Below, in pieces: positions 63,705 through 64,000 of a DNA stretch of 64,000 bases. The notes under the pieces are model-generated. The model had not been told where the DNA came from. It did no database searches and saw only the letters and a list, made by a program, of their open reading frames with translations. Position 1 is the stretch's first letter. Each line of letters begins with the position of its first letter. The stretch is from assembly GCF_963921235.1 (NCBI RefSeq), contig NC_086108.1, forward strand, positions 56,050,001 to 56,114,000, written 5' to 3'. This DNA is from Mobula hypostoma. Lineage: Eukaryota. The translations under genes and the position numbers were made by a program.

Positions 63705-64000
63705 TCAGAGTCATACAGTATTGAACCAGGCCCTTCAGCCCAAATGACCCCTGCTGATCAAGAATCCCCATCCAAGCTAGTCCCATTTTCCAGTGTTTGG
63801 CCAATCACCTTCGAAGCCTTTCCAATCTGTCTATCTGTCTAATCGTCTTTTAAAAGTTGTTGTTGTATGTGATTCAACCACTTCTTCCTGGCAGCTCATT
63901 CCACACAGATGCTACCTTTTGTTTAATCAAAGTTGCCCCTCAAATTCTCATTAAATCTTTCCCCTCTCATCTTAAACCTATGCCCTCTAGTTCTTGATTC
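63705..64000 (-). mobile_element. CR1 3' end running off the window
   Basis: ggcccttcagcccaa tail region and caaccacttcttcctggcagctcattcca...cttaaacctatgccctctagttct, the reverse of the CR1 C-terminal motifs. Confidence 0.8.

Noticed and set aside
1..64000. CRISPR arrays, prokaryotic operons, tRNA or rRNA genes
   Set aside because: The sequence is vertebrate intronic DNA. The repeats are dispersed transposon copies with no regular repeat-spacer array, and only decayed tRNA-derived SINE heads are visible.

Overview
This is a eukaryotic, AT-rich, repeat-dense genomic window. The repeat mix (CR1, Rex1/Babar, Penelope, V-SINE) suggests a cartilaginous fish, probably a ray, but that is inference. 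The whole window lies inside one + strand gene, SGIP1. Five small coding exons (4156-4219, 43014-43038, 47044-47100, 55819-55876, 63117-63295) splice in frame, and the intron 55877-63116 is a minor-spliceosome (U12) AT-AC intron. The introns hold decayed and often nested mobile elements: CR1 and Rex1/Babar LINEs, hAT, Tc1 and Tigger DNA transposons, a two-LTR Gypsy element, two solo LTRs, an endogenous retrovirus remnant and SINEs. The most striking signal is a Penelope-like family whose terminal repeat carries a minimal type I hammerhead ribozyme motif. Several copies have inserted as fold-back structures with 12-14 bp target duplications, placing hammerhead motifs on both strands. Almost all ORFs in the supplied track are transposon fragments or chance ORFs.
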